Below are positions 19,640-29,684 of a stretch of DNA of 64,000 bases, piece by piece. The stretch comes from Minisyncoccota bacterium (lineage in GTDB: Bacteria > Patescibacteriota > Microgenomatia > UBA1400 > PJMF01), in NCBI GenBank assembly GCA_018657765.1, contig JABHWM010000005.1:65138-129137 (forward strand), given 5' to 3'. The position numbers and the translations under genes were made by a program. Every line of letters starts with the position of its first letter. Positions within the stretch are counted from its first letter, which is position 1. Under the pieces are notes generated by a model. That model saw nothing but the letters and a program-made list of their open reading frames with translations. It ran no database searches and had not been told where the DNA came from.

Positions 19640-21283
19640 ATGAAAAAATATTGGTTTAGCTTAGCTATAATTTTAATCTCTATCTTTGCTTTCTCTGTTC
19701 GTCTTTATAAGGTAACAGAATCACCACCCTCCCCATATTGGGAAGAAGTTGCCCTGGGATATGATGCTTATTCAATATTAAAGACTGGTAAAGATCATCA
19801 TGGTAATCCATGGCCTTTAGTTGCTTTTGAATCATTTGGTGATTGGAAACCTACTGGATATTTTTATGCTTTAGTTCCTTTTATTGCTTTATTTGATCTT
19901 TCTGTACTAGCTATCAGATTACCTTCTGTATTTGCTGGGACAGGAATTGTTTTTGGATTGGGTTGGATAATATGGCTTTGGACAGATAATCTAACAAAAA
20001 AACAGAGATTTTGGCTATCATTAATGGGAATGATGTTAGCAAGTATTTCTCCTTGGTTAATTCAGTTTTCTAGAGCTGGCTGGGAGGTAAATCTGGCTAC
20101 TTTCTTGATAGTGATGGGAATTGGCAGTGGATGGGCTAGTGTAAAAAGAAAAGAGAAACAAAGTTCTCTATTCTATATATTTATATCTGTTCTATTTTTT
20201 GTGGCGTCTATGTACAGCTATCACAGTGCCAGGGTTATTGCCCCTGTTTTAGGATTATTTCTGGGATTAAGGTATTTATTATTTACTTCCAAAGAAGGTT
20301 GGGATAAAACAATAAAACAATCTCTAATATTAGGTGGATTTGTGATAATTCTATTATCTCCATTTATTAAAGCTTGGGGATCTCCAGTTCTTAGTCAACG
20401 AATGGCTGAGACCACAATTTTTTCTGACATAGGTATTATTGAAGAAAGTAATACTGCAAAAGAGCTACATAATAATGCCTGGTGGACAAAGTTTGTTTAT
20501 CACCGTTTCTTCTTTTATGGAGAAGTATTAGCTTCTCAGTTTTTTGTTCATTTTAGACCAGATTTTTTGTTTGTTACTGGTGATAGTATTGCTCGTCATT
20601 CTTCTCAATATTTTGGTTTATTTTATCCATTTGAAATATTGTTTATGTTAGTTGGCTTTTTCTATGTGATAAAAAAATTCAGTAAAGAAAAACAGGCATT
20701 TTTATTGTTATGGATAATAATTGGAGTTTTACCTGCAGCTATCTCGAGACCCGCCCCACATGCCCTCAGAATTTTACCAATGGCTCCTAGCTTATTATTA
20801 CTAGTGGTTTTGGGTTTGTGGCAAAGCTATAGATTTATTGCAGAAGATTTTCCATGTCTATTTTATAAATTAAAAAACTTTAGAAAAAATGTTTTATTTA
20901 TTGGTATTATTACTTTATATATTCTAAGTTTCTGTTCTTTTTATAGACATCTATTATTTGTCTATCCACAACATTTTGCTGGAGAATGGCAAGCTGGTTA
21001 TGAAAAAATGATAAAAAAGGTAGTTGCTTTGCAAAAAGAGAATCCGGAGTTACCTGTGTATATCACTAGAGAGCAGGGAAGACCGGCTATGTATTATTGG
21101 TTTTATACAAAGACAGATCCCAAAGATGTTCAGAAGGCAAATGATTTGGTGAAAAAAGATCAGGGTGAGTATCTAGAGTTTGAGAATATTAAGTTTATTA
21201 ATACTGTTGGAGAGATAATAGAAAGTTCTTTTACTTTAGCTGATTTTGAGGAAGTGTGGCAGGTAGAGGTTTTAGAAAAATAA
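19640..21283 (+). CDS. GT-C (ArnT/PMT-like) glycosyltransferase, paralog 4
   Basis: WEEVALGYDAYSILKTGKDHHG.PWP..AFESFGDWKP, SPW.IQFSRAGWE, PHALR. Confidence 0.85.
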   Translation: MKKYWFSLAIILISIFAFSVRLYKVTESPPSPYWEEVALGYDAYSILKTGKDHHGNPWPLVAFESFGDWKPTGYFYALVPFIALFDLSVLAIRLPSVFAGTGIVFGLGWIIWLWTDNLTKKQRFWLSLMGMMLASISPWLIQFSRAGWEVNLATFLIVMGIGSGWASVKRKEKQSSLFYIFISVLFFVASMYSYHSARVIAPVLGLFLGLRYLLFTSKEGWDKTIKQSLILGGFVIILLSPFIKAWGSPVLSQRMAETTIFSDIGIIEESNTAKELHNNAWWTKFVYHRFFFYGEVLASQFFVHFRPDFLFVTGDSIARHSSQYFGLFYPFEILFMLVGFFYVIKKFSKEKQAFLLLWIIIGVLPAAISRPAPHALRILPMAPSLLLLVVLGLWQSYRFIAEDFPCLFYKLKNFRKNVLFIGIITLYILSFCSFYRHLLFVYPQHFAGEWQAGYEKMIKKVVALQKENPELPVYITREQGRPAMYYWFYTKTDPKDVQKANDLVKKDQGEYLEFENIKFINTVGEIIESSFTLADFEEVWQVEVLEK

Positions 21284-21306
21284 TTTATTAAGTTATTGAT
21301 ATAAGT

Positions 21307-21336
21307 AAAATGAGCGAGGTTGAAGCCTCGCTCATT
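21307..21336 (-). terminator. Rho-independent terminator between convergent genes
   Basis: Perfect 11-bp stem AATGAGCGAGG (21309-21319) / CCTCGCTCATT (21326-21336), 6-nt loop, T run on the minus strand. Confidence 0.85.
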
Positions 21337-21351
21337 AGGGTTTATGGTTGC

Positions 21352-21756
21352 TTAGCTGGTAGCAAGACTTGTGATTGTCTGAAAATTTCTTTCTTTTTTG
21401 TTTATATCCAGAAATCCTCTCGGAAGAGCCCAGAAACAATGAATTACCTTTTTATCATCTTCTCCGGTAACACCGGAATAAGACATCTCAAATATTGTTT
21501 CAGGAACAGGTATTTCTTGGAGCTCAATCCAATCATAAAAAATGATTTTTTTGTTTCTCCAGACACCATGTCTTCCTGGCTTACTAAGATGTTTTTTTAT
21601 TTTCTCAGCAATATCTTCATCACAAACCATGAAGATAGTCTTTTTATGGGTATCAGCAAGAGCAGCAATAAATACTAGAACTTCTAGATTAGGGATTGGA
21701 TCTTCATCCATTTCCATACCCATAGCTTCAGCAACCAATTTTTTAGTTATTTCCAT
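21352..21756 (-). CDS. hypothetical protein (134 aa)
   Basis: Strong SD AAGGAG, upstream TGgTATAAT (21837-21829) and a downstream terminator favour this strand over the shadow + ORFs. Confidence 0.7.
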   Translation of the reverse strand: MEITKKLVAEAMGMEMDEDPIPNLEVLVFIAALADTHKKTIFMVCDEDIAEKIKKHLSKPGRHGVWRNKKIIFYDWIELQEIPVPETIFEMSYSGVTGEDDKKVIHCFWALPRGFLDINKKERNFQTITSLATS

Positions 21757-21929
21757 TTTTTTCTCCTTTTCAGGATATCCTGCTTTAGGAAACCTGAACT
21801 AGTGGATTAAACTAAAAATCTAACATTAATTATACCACATATTATAGGATAGTTAAAGTTTTATTATTTTTTTTGATATAAAAAGATATATAATAAATAT
21901 ACTTATAATAGACAATTAGGCATAAGCTA

Positions 21930-22181
21930 ATGAAACAAATTGAGCGAAATACCAGAAATTTAGTAGAAGACCTTTTTGATAAACAAATGAAGGAAAATAT
22001 TCTTCAATATCTCTTTTGGGTAACAATGACAGAAAGTCTTCAGGCAGTTATTGATTTTATTGACTTTTTAAAAATCCCTGATGTCGAAAATATTTTAAGA
22101 GAAATGAATAACAGATTATTTACTGAAGTAATTGATATATCTCATGGTATGAAAAGAAAAGCAGAGCTTTTGGAATTATAA
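21930..22181 (+). CDS. hypothetical protein (83 aa)
   Basis: ATG start, helical-looking sequence, TATAAT boxes upstream; no recognisable family. Confidence 0.55.
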   Translation: MKQIERNTRNLVEDLFDKQMKENILQYLFWVTMTESLQAVIDFIDFLKIPDVENILREMNNRLFTEVIDISHGMKRKAELLEL

Positions 22182-22205
22182 GAACAATAATTAAAGAAAG
22201 AAAAT

Positions 22206-22563
22206 ATGTCTTTTGCATCAAATCTAGAATTAGCAAAAACACTTACAAAAAAAAGTTGAACCTTTTATTGAAAAACTAAAAGAGACTGGGCTAGAGAGTC
22301 AGGCAACAAAAATTTTAGAAAATATTGCAAAATTGGAATCAACTGATGAAGTAGCAGATGCTATAGTTTCACTTTATTTACTTTTACAAATGGAGATATT
22401 TAATGAAATAGATAAAGCTGAAGATGAAGCTTCTGAGGCTCTAACTTATCTATATGGCTTAATGTTCGATACACATTCAATTTTTGTTCAAGAATATTTA
22501 TCTAGTCCTGCTCATATCATTAATCATTTAATAAGAGAAGTTGTCTTAGACAATAATTCTTAA
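22206..22563 (+). pseudogene. hypothetical protein interrupted by a +1 frameshift at an A8 run
   Basis: The frame from ATG 22206 stops at TGA 22257. Removing one A from 22247-22254 joins it to the 22333-22563 ORF (MSFASNLELAKTLTKKVEPFIEKLKETGLESQ...). Confidence 0.65.
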
Positions 22564-22605
22564 CGCTTCCCTCAAACAGATCATATCGGTATAATCAACC
22601 AACCT

Positions 22606-24372
22606 ATGATCGCAGATAAAATTCAAAAACAATTGAAAAAAGTTCTTTTAGAACTTGGTATTGATAATCCCAAGGTTCAGTTAGAGCATCCAGCAGATGA
22701 AACTCATGGTGACTGGAGTACTAATATTGCTTTGCAATATCATAAACAGATCGATGATTTTTCTAATCCTAGAGAGTTAGCTGAAGCAGTTATAGAAAAA
22801 CTAAAACCATTTTCTGAGGAAACTCATGAAATTTATAAGCTTTCTATAGCTGGCCCTGGTTTTATTAACTTTAGATTGGCCAAAGAATACTTCAGAACCA
22901 GAATCATTAAAATGGCTGAGATGAACTCACCTGATTTTTTCGCTGAATATATTAATAAAAATAAAGACAAAAAAGTCATAGTTGAGTATTCTTCACCAAA
23001 TATTGCCAAACCATTTACAGTAGGTCATCTAAGATCCACTATTATTGGTGATGCTGTGGCCAATCTTTATGAAGTTCTTGGTTGGCAGGTTTATAGAGAT
23101 AATCATTTGGGAGACTGGGGAACACAGTTTGGTAAATTGATTTATGCAATTAAAACTTGGGGTGATAGAGAAGAAATTTCTGAATCAAAAAACCCTATTA
23201 AAGATCTTGTAAAACTATATATAAAATTTCATGAAGAAGCAGAAGAAAAACCAGAGATAGAAGATATTGGTAGATCATGGTTCAGGAAACTAGAAGAAGG
23301 TGATGATGAAGCTAGAAGCTTATGGAATTGGTGTATAGAGCTTTCCTGGAAAGAATTCAGAGGTATTTATGGTGAACTAGGAATTTCTTTTACAGAGAAT
23401 AACGGTAGAGGATATGGTGAATCTTTTTTTGAAGATAAGATGAGTGAAGTAGTAAGTCTTTTGGAAGAAAAATTAACCCCAGAAGATGCTGTTAAAAATG
23501 GGGCTCATTATGCAGAAGGAGATAATGGGGCCAAATTAATCTTTTTTGAAGATGAAAAATATCCGCCAATGATGCTTATGAAGAAAGATGGGGCTACTTT
23601 GTACTCCACCAGAGATTTTGCAACAGATTATTTTAGATTGGCTCAATATGATAATCCAGATCTGATAGTTAATGAAGTTGGAGCAGAACAAAGCTTGTAT
23701 TTTGAACAACTTTATAAAGTAGAACAAATAATGGGTTGGTATAAACCAGGGCAAAGAGTTCATGTAAAACATGGTTTATATCGTTTTAAAGATAAAAAAA
23801 TGTCTACTAGAAGAGGTAATGTAATTTGGTTGGAAGATGTTATTGCAGAAGCAAAAAAACGAGCAGAGGCTCTTTCCCCAGATAAAAAACATATTGCTCA
23901 TGTAGTGGCCATAGGTGCCTTGAAATGGAATGATCTAAAAAGTGAAACTACTAGAGATATTATTTTTGATTGGGATGATCTTCTTAGTATGAAGGGAAAT
24001 TCTGGGCCATATATTCAATATGCTACTGTCAGGGCAAAAAGTGTCTTGAGAAAAGCAGCTTTAGAAGAATTTTACCCAGGATTTGGAGATGATTCCTGGA
24101 AACTAGATAAAGATGAAATGAGTTTGGTAAGACATTTGGATCGTTTTACAGAGGTTGTAGAACAAGCTGCTAAAGAGTTTGCCCCTCATCATCTAGCAAC
24201 TTATTTATTTGAGTTAGCTCAACGATTTAATGGTTTTTATAATACTCATCCTATTATTAATGCAGAAAACTCTGATGCCAGAGAAAGACGTTGTACTTTA
24301 ACTCAAGTTGCGGCCAAGGTATTAGAGTATGGTCTTTCTTTACTTGGAATTCAAACACCAGAGGAAATGTAG
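22606..24372 (+). CDS. argS: arginine--tRNA ligase
   Basis: HGDWSTN, AGPGFINF, VEYSSPNIAKPFTVGHLRSTIIGD, NHLGDWGTQFG, KMSTRRG, GPYIQY, anticodon-binding domain ending PEEM. TATAAT at 22590-22595. Confidence 0.97.
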   Translation: MIADKIQKQLKKVLLELGIDNPKVQLEHPADETHGDWSTNIALQYHKQIDDFSNPRELAEAVIEKLKPFSEETHEIYKLSIAGPGFINFRLAKEYFRTRIIKMAEMNSPDFFAEYINKNKDKKVIVEYSSPNIAKPFTVGHLRSTIIGDAVANLYEVLGWQVYRDNHLGDWGTQFGKLIYAIKTWGDREEISESKNPIKDLVKLYIKFHEEAEEKPEIEDIGRSWFRKLEEGDDEARSLWNWCIELSWKEFRGIYGELGISFTENNGRGYGESFFEDKMSEVVSLLEEKLTPEDAVKNGAHYAEGDNGAKLIFFEDEKYPPMMLMKKDGATLYSTRDFATDYFRLAQYDNPDLIVNEVGAEQSLYFEQLYKVEQIMGWYKPGQRVHVKHGLYRFKDKKMSTRRGNVIWLEDVIAEAKKRAEALSPDKKHIAHVVAIGALKWNDLKSETTRDIIFDWDDLLSMKGNSGPYIQYATVRAKSVLRKAALEEFYPGFGDDSWKLDKDEMSLVRHLDRFTEVVEQAAKEFAPHHLATYLFELAQRFNGFYNTHPIINAENSDARERRCTLTQVAAKVLEYGLSLLGIQTPEEM

Positions 24373-24396
24373 CTCAATTTTTGTTATTATAGAGTC

Positions 24397-26145
24397 ATGA
24401 AGAAATGGCTTGTTTTTCTAAGTATTTTAATTGTTAGTGTAGCTGTATTTCTTCGTTTTTTTCGTCTAGGAGAAGTTCCTGTTTCACTTTATTGGGATGA
24501 GATAGCAATGTTGGTTGATGCTAGATCTGTAGCAGAAACGGCTCTCGATATGCATGGCAACTCTATGTGGCAAGCTATTTTCCCTTCTTATGGTGACTAC
24601 AAGTTGCCTGTTTATATTTGGTTTGCGAGTCTTAGTGTGAAATTATTTGGAGCTAGTGAGTGGTCTTTGAGATTGCCTAGTGCTATTGCTGGAGTAAGTA
24701 CTGTAATCATGGGATTTTTACTGGCAAAAGAGCTATTTAATTCTTCTTTTATTAATTTAAATCTTGGCTTAAAAAAATCTGAAACTAAAAAAACAGCTAA
24801 TCTTCAAAAAATATTTTTTGCTCTTTTAGTTGCTGGAGTGATTGCTATTTCTCCATGGTCTGTAATGTTTTCTAGAACGGCTTTTGAAGGTCATCTAGCT
24901 CAATTCTTTGTTTCTCTCAGTGTTTTATTTATTCTGAAGCAAAAAAAACATTGGAGTTGGGGATTACTGGCTACATTTTTTGGTAGTCTGGCAACTTATA
25001 CCTATTTTTCTGTTCGTTTTCTCTGGCCTGTATTGTTTGTAATGACAACTTTATTATTTGTTTGGCAAAATCGCAAAGAATCTATCTTTAAGAAAATTAT
25101 TTTATTATTAATTTTACCTTTGAGTTTATATTTTATTAGTTTACAACCAATGTTAAAATCTCCTCTTTATGCAGCTAGTAATCAGTTTCGTCTAAGCACT
25201 GTTTCTATCTTGAACATGGAGAATTGGCCGGTAGTAGCTAATAAATACAAACTTCAGGCTGGAAATAACCTTTTGGATAAAGTTACTTATCATCCTTATG
25301 TATTAATGGGACGAGAGTTAGTAAAAAATTACTCTGACAATATGTCTTTTGATTTCTTATTTTTTAGTGGTGATGACAACCTTCGTCATGGAACAGGAAA
25401 TCATGGTTTATTCTTATGGATTTTTATACCAAGTTTTATTTATGGTTGGTACACACTTTTTCAGAAACATTGGAAACAAGGTTTGTTATTATTAGTGTGG
25501 TGGATATTTGCTTTATTACCAGCTTCAGTACCAGAAACAACTCCGCATGCTCTCAGATCACTTAATGCTTTGATGCCTTTATCTTTGTTAATAGGATGGG
25601 GAAGTTACAGGTTGTTTTTTGATTTAAATAAAATAAATATTTTTAAGAAAAAAATAAACGGAAAATTAAATAAATTATATTTAATATTTTTGGCTGGAAT
25701 AATTATTGTAATAGGAGCAGTTGTTTATGACTTTTCTTTTTACTTATTTAATAAGTGTCCAGCTACTTCTGCCTCGAGTTGGCAGGATGGCTATAAAGAA
25801 GTAGCTAGTATTATTTGGCAAGAGAAAGAGGGGAGAGATACCGTTTTTGTACAACCTTTTGATAGTAGATTTCATTTATGGGTGATGGGCTATCAAATGC
25901 CTGTCTCAGAATTTTCAGAAACCAAATTCGAGAACTGGGTACCTAGTAAACTGAGTAAAAACATTGTTTTTGAACCATTTGATTGGGCCAAAGTACTGAC
26001 TATGGAACCAAAAGTAGTTTTAGCAGGAAAAAAAGAAGAAATTGATCTTCAACTAGAACTATCACCAGTTCAACCAACTTGGTATAAAGAGGTGAAAACT
26101 GCGGATGGAGATACTCCTTTTGTAGTTATTTATTTTGAAAAATAG
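24397..26145 (+). CDS. GT-C (ArnT/PMT-like) glycosyltransferase, paralog 5
   Basis: WDEIA...DA.S..ET..DMHG...FPSYGDYKLP, LRLPSA, SPW..FSRTAFE, PHALR. Extended -10 TGtTATTAT at 24382-24390. Confidence 0.85.
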   Translation: MKKWLVFLSILIVSVAVFLRFFRLGEVPVSLYWDEIAMLVDARSVAETALDMHGNSMWQAIFPSYGDYKLPVYIWFASLSVKLFGASEWSLRLPSAIAGVSTVIMGFLLAKELFNSSFINLNLGLKKSETKKTANLQKIFFALLVAGVIAISPWSVMFSRTAFEGHLAQFFVSLSVLFILKQKKHWSWGLLATFFGSLATYTYFSVRFLWPVLFVMTTLLFVWQNRKESIFKKIILLLILPLSLYFISLQPMLKSPLYAASNQFRLSTVSILNMENWPVVANKYKLQAGNNLLDKVTYHPYVLMGRELVKNYSDNMSFDFLFFSGDDNLRHGTGNHGLFLWIFIPSFIYGWYTLFQKHWKQGLLLLVWWIFALLPASVPETTPHALRSLNALMPLSLLIGWGSYRLFFDLNKINIFKKKINGKLNKLYLIFLAGIIIVIGAVVYDFSFYLFNKCPATSASSWQDGYKEVASIIWQEKEGRDTVFVQPFDSRFHLWVMGYQMPVSEFSETKFENWVPSKLSKNIVFEPFDWAKVLTMEPKVVLAGKKEEIDLQLELSPVQPTWYKEVKTADGDTPFVVIYFEK

Positions 26146-26236
26146 AAGATCACTTAGAGATTACTTTAAGATAATCTTTGAAGAAAAATTTTAAAAACTA
26201 ATATATGAAAATAATTAAAGTAAAATAAAAAATAAA

Positions 26237-27832
26237 ATGCGAAAAAATTTAAAAAATCATTGGTTACTAATATTAGCTATTTTACTAGGATTTTTATTGA
26301 GATTCTGGAGAGTGGGATCTTTACCAGTTATCCTTAATCGTGATGAAGCAGCCTTGGCTTACAATGCTTATTTACTTAGTGAAACAGGCAAAGATGAATG
26401 GGGAAGAAGTTGGCCTATCTCACTAGAATCATTTGGAGATTATAAACTCCCAGGATATGTCTGGGTTTTAGTTTCTTTATTTGAGGTTTTTACACCAACA
26501 GATACTATTGTCAGATTACCGTCTGTTATATCCGGAACATTATTAATTTTAGTTACTTTTCTTTGGATAAGGTCACTCAAAATTCCCAAAAAGTTTGCAA
26601 TACTTGGTGCTTGGTTAGTAGCTTTATTACCAGTTTCTATTTTCTATTCTAGAATGGCCTATGAAGCCAATGTTGGTTTGACATTAATGGTGGCTGCTTT
26701 GTGGCTTATTACAGATTTAAAAAGCAAATGGAACTTCAAAAGAATATCTTTATTATTTTTAATATTGTTGTTTGGTATTTTTACTTATAATACTCCTTGG
26801 CTTCTATTACCTTTTTTTGCTGGATATACATTTTTACTTTTTCCTTATAAAAAAAGAAAGAAATCTTTACTTTTAATAGGCATGATGGGAGTTATTTTTC
26901 TTGTAGGAGTTAAAGTATTTTTATCACTGACTGCCCAGAAAAGTGGTATTACTATTTTTAGTGATGAGACTATCTGGAGCGAATGGATTAATTATAGAGA
27001 AAATCTTGATCCTCGTTGGTTATGGTTATTGGGAAGTAAATATGCTTATTGGTTGGGTTTGATTTGGCAACGGTTTTGGCAATCTTTTACACCAGATTTT
27101 TTAGTAACTCATGGAGACAATCATTCTTGGCACAGTTTGCCTACCTGGGGGCATCTCAGTTGGTTAGTTTATGGGGCAGGTTGGATTGGTTTGGTTAACT
27201 CGTTAAAGAGAATTATAGTCTCATTAAAATTACTAAAAAAATCTGCAAAGAAAAAATTAGAATTCAAGCAAGAGATTGCTTTAGTATTTTTACTTTTCAC
27301 AAGTATCTCAGCCTCGGTTATTACAGTAGATTCTCCTCATGCAACTAGAAGTTTATTGTTCTTTATAATTTGGGTAGTTTTTGCAGTCAAAGGACTAGAG
27401 TGGTTATATAAGTTAAAAATTTGGCAAACAAAAAAAGTATTTTGGTTTGTAGTAATTTCAATAATGTTTTTGGAAACTATTTGGCATAGTCATCAACTTT
27501 TTAATACCTATCCTAAAAATCAGGAAATGTTTCAGCCAGGATATGATTCAATGATTCAGTTTATAGATAAAAAAAGCTCTGGAAAGCCAGTGGCTATTGT
27601 TGATCCGTCTGGATATAGCTATATTTTAACTGCTTGGTACTTAAAGATGTCTCCAGAGACTTATTTTTCAACTAATGTTAGACAGTTGCCAGATAAAATT
27701 GGTTTTAGGTATGGAGAACAAGTAGCTAACTTCCATTTTATAGCTTCTCCTGACGATGCCTCCGAAACAGAGGAAATTTTGTTACAATGGAGATCAGATA
27801 ATAATGGTTGGCGAATTTACGGATTAAATTAA
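26237..27832 (+). CDS. GT-C (ArnT/PMT-like) glycosyltransferase, paralog 6
   Basis: RDEAALAYNAYLL.ETGKDEWGRSWP...ESFGDYKLP, VRLPS, YSRMAYE, PHATR. Confidence 0.85.
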   Translation: MRKNLKNHWLLILAILLGFLLRFWRVGSLPVILNRDEAALAYNAYLLSETGKDEWGRSWPISLESFGDYKLPGYVWVLVSLFEVFTPTDTIVRLPSVISGTLLILVTFLWIRSLKIPKKFAILGAWLVALLPVSIFYSRMAYEANVGLTLMVAALWLITDLKSKWNFKRISLLFLILLFGIFTYNTPWLLLPFFAGYTFLLFPYKKRKKSLLLIGMMGVIFLVGVKVFLSLTAQKSGITIFSDETIWSEWINYRENLDPRWLWLLGSKYAYWLGLIWQRFWQSFTPDFLVTHGDNHSWHSLPTWGHLSWLVYGAGWIGLVNSLKRIIVSLKLLKKSAKKKLEFKQEIALVFLLFTSISASVITVDSPHATRSLLFFIIWVVFAVKGLEWLYKLKIWQTKKVFWFVVISIMFLETIWHSHQLFNTYPKNQEMFQPGYDSMIQFIDKKSSGKPVAIVDPSGYSYILTAWYLKMSPETYFSTNVRQLPDKIGFRYGEQVANFHFIASPDDASETEEILLQWRSDNNGWRIYGLN

Positions 27833-27858
27833 AAAATTAGTTTATTTAAATAATAAAT

Positions 27859-28638
27859 ATGAAAAAAATATCGATAGCTTTGGCTACATACAATGAAGAA
27901 AAAAATCTAGCAATGTGTCTAGGTTCTGTAGTTGATTGGAGTGATGAAATCATTATTGCTGATGGTAGTTCTACAGATAAAACTGTAAAAATAGCCAAAG
28001 ACTACAAAGCTAAAATCATAAAAACTACCAATAAGCCTAATTTCCATATTAATAAACAAATGGCTATGGATGCAGCTACTGGTGACATAGTTTTACAACT
28101 AGATGCAGATGAAGTGGTGGATGAAGATCTAAAAAAGTTTATTTTGAAACTAACAAAGTTCTCTGACTTAACACATTTAGAAGAATCAGCTTGGTGGGTT
28201 CCACGTAAAAATTTATTTCTTGGTAAATGGCTCAAAAAAGGAGGACAGTACCCTGATCCAGTAATCAGACTATATCTGGCTGGAAAGGCACATTTACCTC
28301 AAAAAGACGTTCATGAACAGATGGAAGTAGATGGAAAAGTAGGGTGGGCTGGAGGTCATTTACTGCATTACTCTAATCCTTCTTTTGCTGATTACATGCG
28401 TAAATTCAATACTTATACTTCTTTTAAAGCTCAGCAATGGTTTGATCAAAATAAGAAGGTTAGTTTCTTTGGGGCTTTAAATAATCTAATAATTTTACCT
28501 TTCTGGACTTTTATAAAACTTTATCTAAGACATAGAGGATATGTAGATGGTTATCCAGGATTTGTGTTTGCTCTAATGAGTGGTATGCACTTTACCGTTT
28601 CATATCTCAAACTGTGGGAGCTCCAGCAAAAATCATGA
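27859..28638 (+). CDS. GT2 glycosyltransferase (WaaE/LgtF-like)
   Basis: ISIALATYNEE, DGSSTD, LQLDADE, GGQYPD...RL, VHE. Confidence 0.88.
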   Translation: MKKISIALATYNEEKNLAMCLGSVVDWSDEIIIADGSSTDKTVKIAKDYKAKIIKTTNKPNFHINKQMAMDAATGDIVLQLDADEVVDEDLKKFILKLTKFSDLTHLEESAWWVPRKNLFLGKWLKKGGQYPDPVIRLYLAGKAHLPQKDVHEQMEVDGKVGWAGGHLLHYSNPSFADYMRKFNTYTSFKAQQWFDQNKKVSFFGALNNLIILPFWTFIKLYLRHRGYVDGYPGFVFALMSGMHFTVSYLKLWELQQKS

Positions 28639-29678
28639 AAGTATTAATAGATGTTAGACCTCTTTCTTCTGGACATGCTGTCCGGGGAGTAGGGATGTAT
28701 ACCAGATTTTTGACTGAAGCTTTAGAAAAGAAAAAGAAAGTAGGGGAGTTTGAGATTTATCGTTCTGGTCTGGAGGATCTTCCTAAAGCAGATATTATTC
28801 ATTATCCATTTTTTGATTTATTTTTTACAACACTCCCCTTCCGTAGAAAGGGGAGAACAGTGGTTACTATTCATGATGTGATTCCACTTCTTTTTCCAAA
28901 ACAATATCCTTCAGGTAAAAAAGGTAAATTATCCTTTATTAGACAAAAACTAGCTCTGAAAACAGTTGATGTAATTTTGACTGATTCTGAAGCTTCCAAG
29001 AAAGATATTATCTTTTACTTGGGTGTACCAGCAGAGAAAGTAAAAGTAGTTTATCTAGCTGCCAATCCTTTTCTGCATCCAGTTAATGATCATAAGGCAG
29101 AAACAATTCGTAAGAAGTTAAATCTACCCAAAACATATGTCTTGTATGTGGGGGACATTAATTATAATAAAAATGTTCCACAATTAATCAAAGCACTCAA
29201 GTATTTACCAAGACATGTTAATCTTGTTTGTGTAGGTAGAAATTTTATGCCGCAGGAAATTCCAGAATGGAAAGCTATTGAAGCACAACTGGCTCTTTCT
29301 AATGTAGAAAATAGAGTTACTTTTATGCCTAATATCTTATCTGATGATTATGAAACTCTAGCTGCTGTTTATTCTGGGTCACTCACTTATTTACAACCAT
29401 CTTTATATGAAGGTTTTGGATTGCCACTACTAGAAGCTATGCGATGTAATACTCCTGTAATTAGTGCCAAGAATTCTTCTCTAAAAGAAGTTGGGGGAGA
29501 TGTTGTTATATATTCTGGTACTACTGCAGAAGAATTTGCAGAAAAAATAGAAATGATTTTGGAAATGCCTGCAAGTAAAAGAAAAGAAATGATAGAAAAA
29601 GCGAATAAATGGGAGAAGAAGTTCTCTTGGGATAAAACAGCTAAAGAAACATTAGAAGTTTATAAATCACTGGTTTAA
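28635..29678 (+). CDS. GT4 glycosyltransferase (MtfB-like)
   Basis: RGVGMY, VVTIHDVIP, YVG....KN, PSLYEGFGLPLLEAM.C.TP, FSW. ATG 28635 overlaps the previous stop (ATGA). Confidence 0.92.
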   Translation: MKVLIDVRPLSSGHAVRGVGMYTRFLTEALEKKKKVGEFEIYRSGLEDLPKADIIHYPFFDLFFTTLPFRRKGRTVVTIHDVIPLLFPKQYPSGKKGKLSFIRQKLALKTVDVILTDSEASKKDIIFYLGVPAEKVKVVYLAANPFLHPVNDHKAETIRKKLNLPKTYVLYVGDINYNKNVPQLIKALKYLPRHVNLVCVGRNFMPQEIPEWKAIEAQLALSNVENRVTFMPNILSDDYETLAAVYSGSLTYLQPSLYEGFGLPLLEAMRCNTPVISAKNSSLKEVGGDVVIYSGTTAEEFAEKIEMILEMPASKRKEMIEKANKWEKKFSWDKTAKETLEVYKSLV

Positions 29679-29684
29679 AAGAAT

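Noticed and set aside
21310..21802. + strand ORFs 21310-21678 and 21542-21802
   Set aside because: They are antisense to 21352-21756, which has an SD, promoter and terminator; 21310 starts inside the terminator stem.
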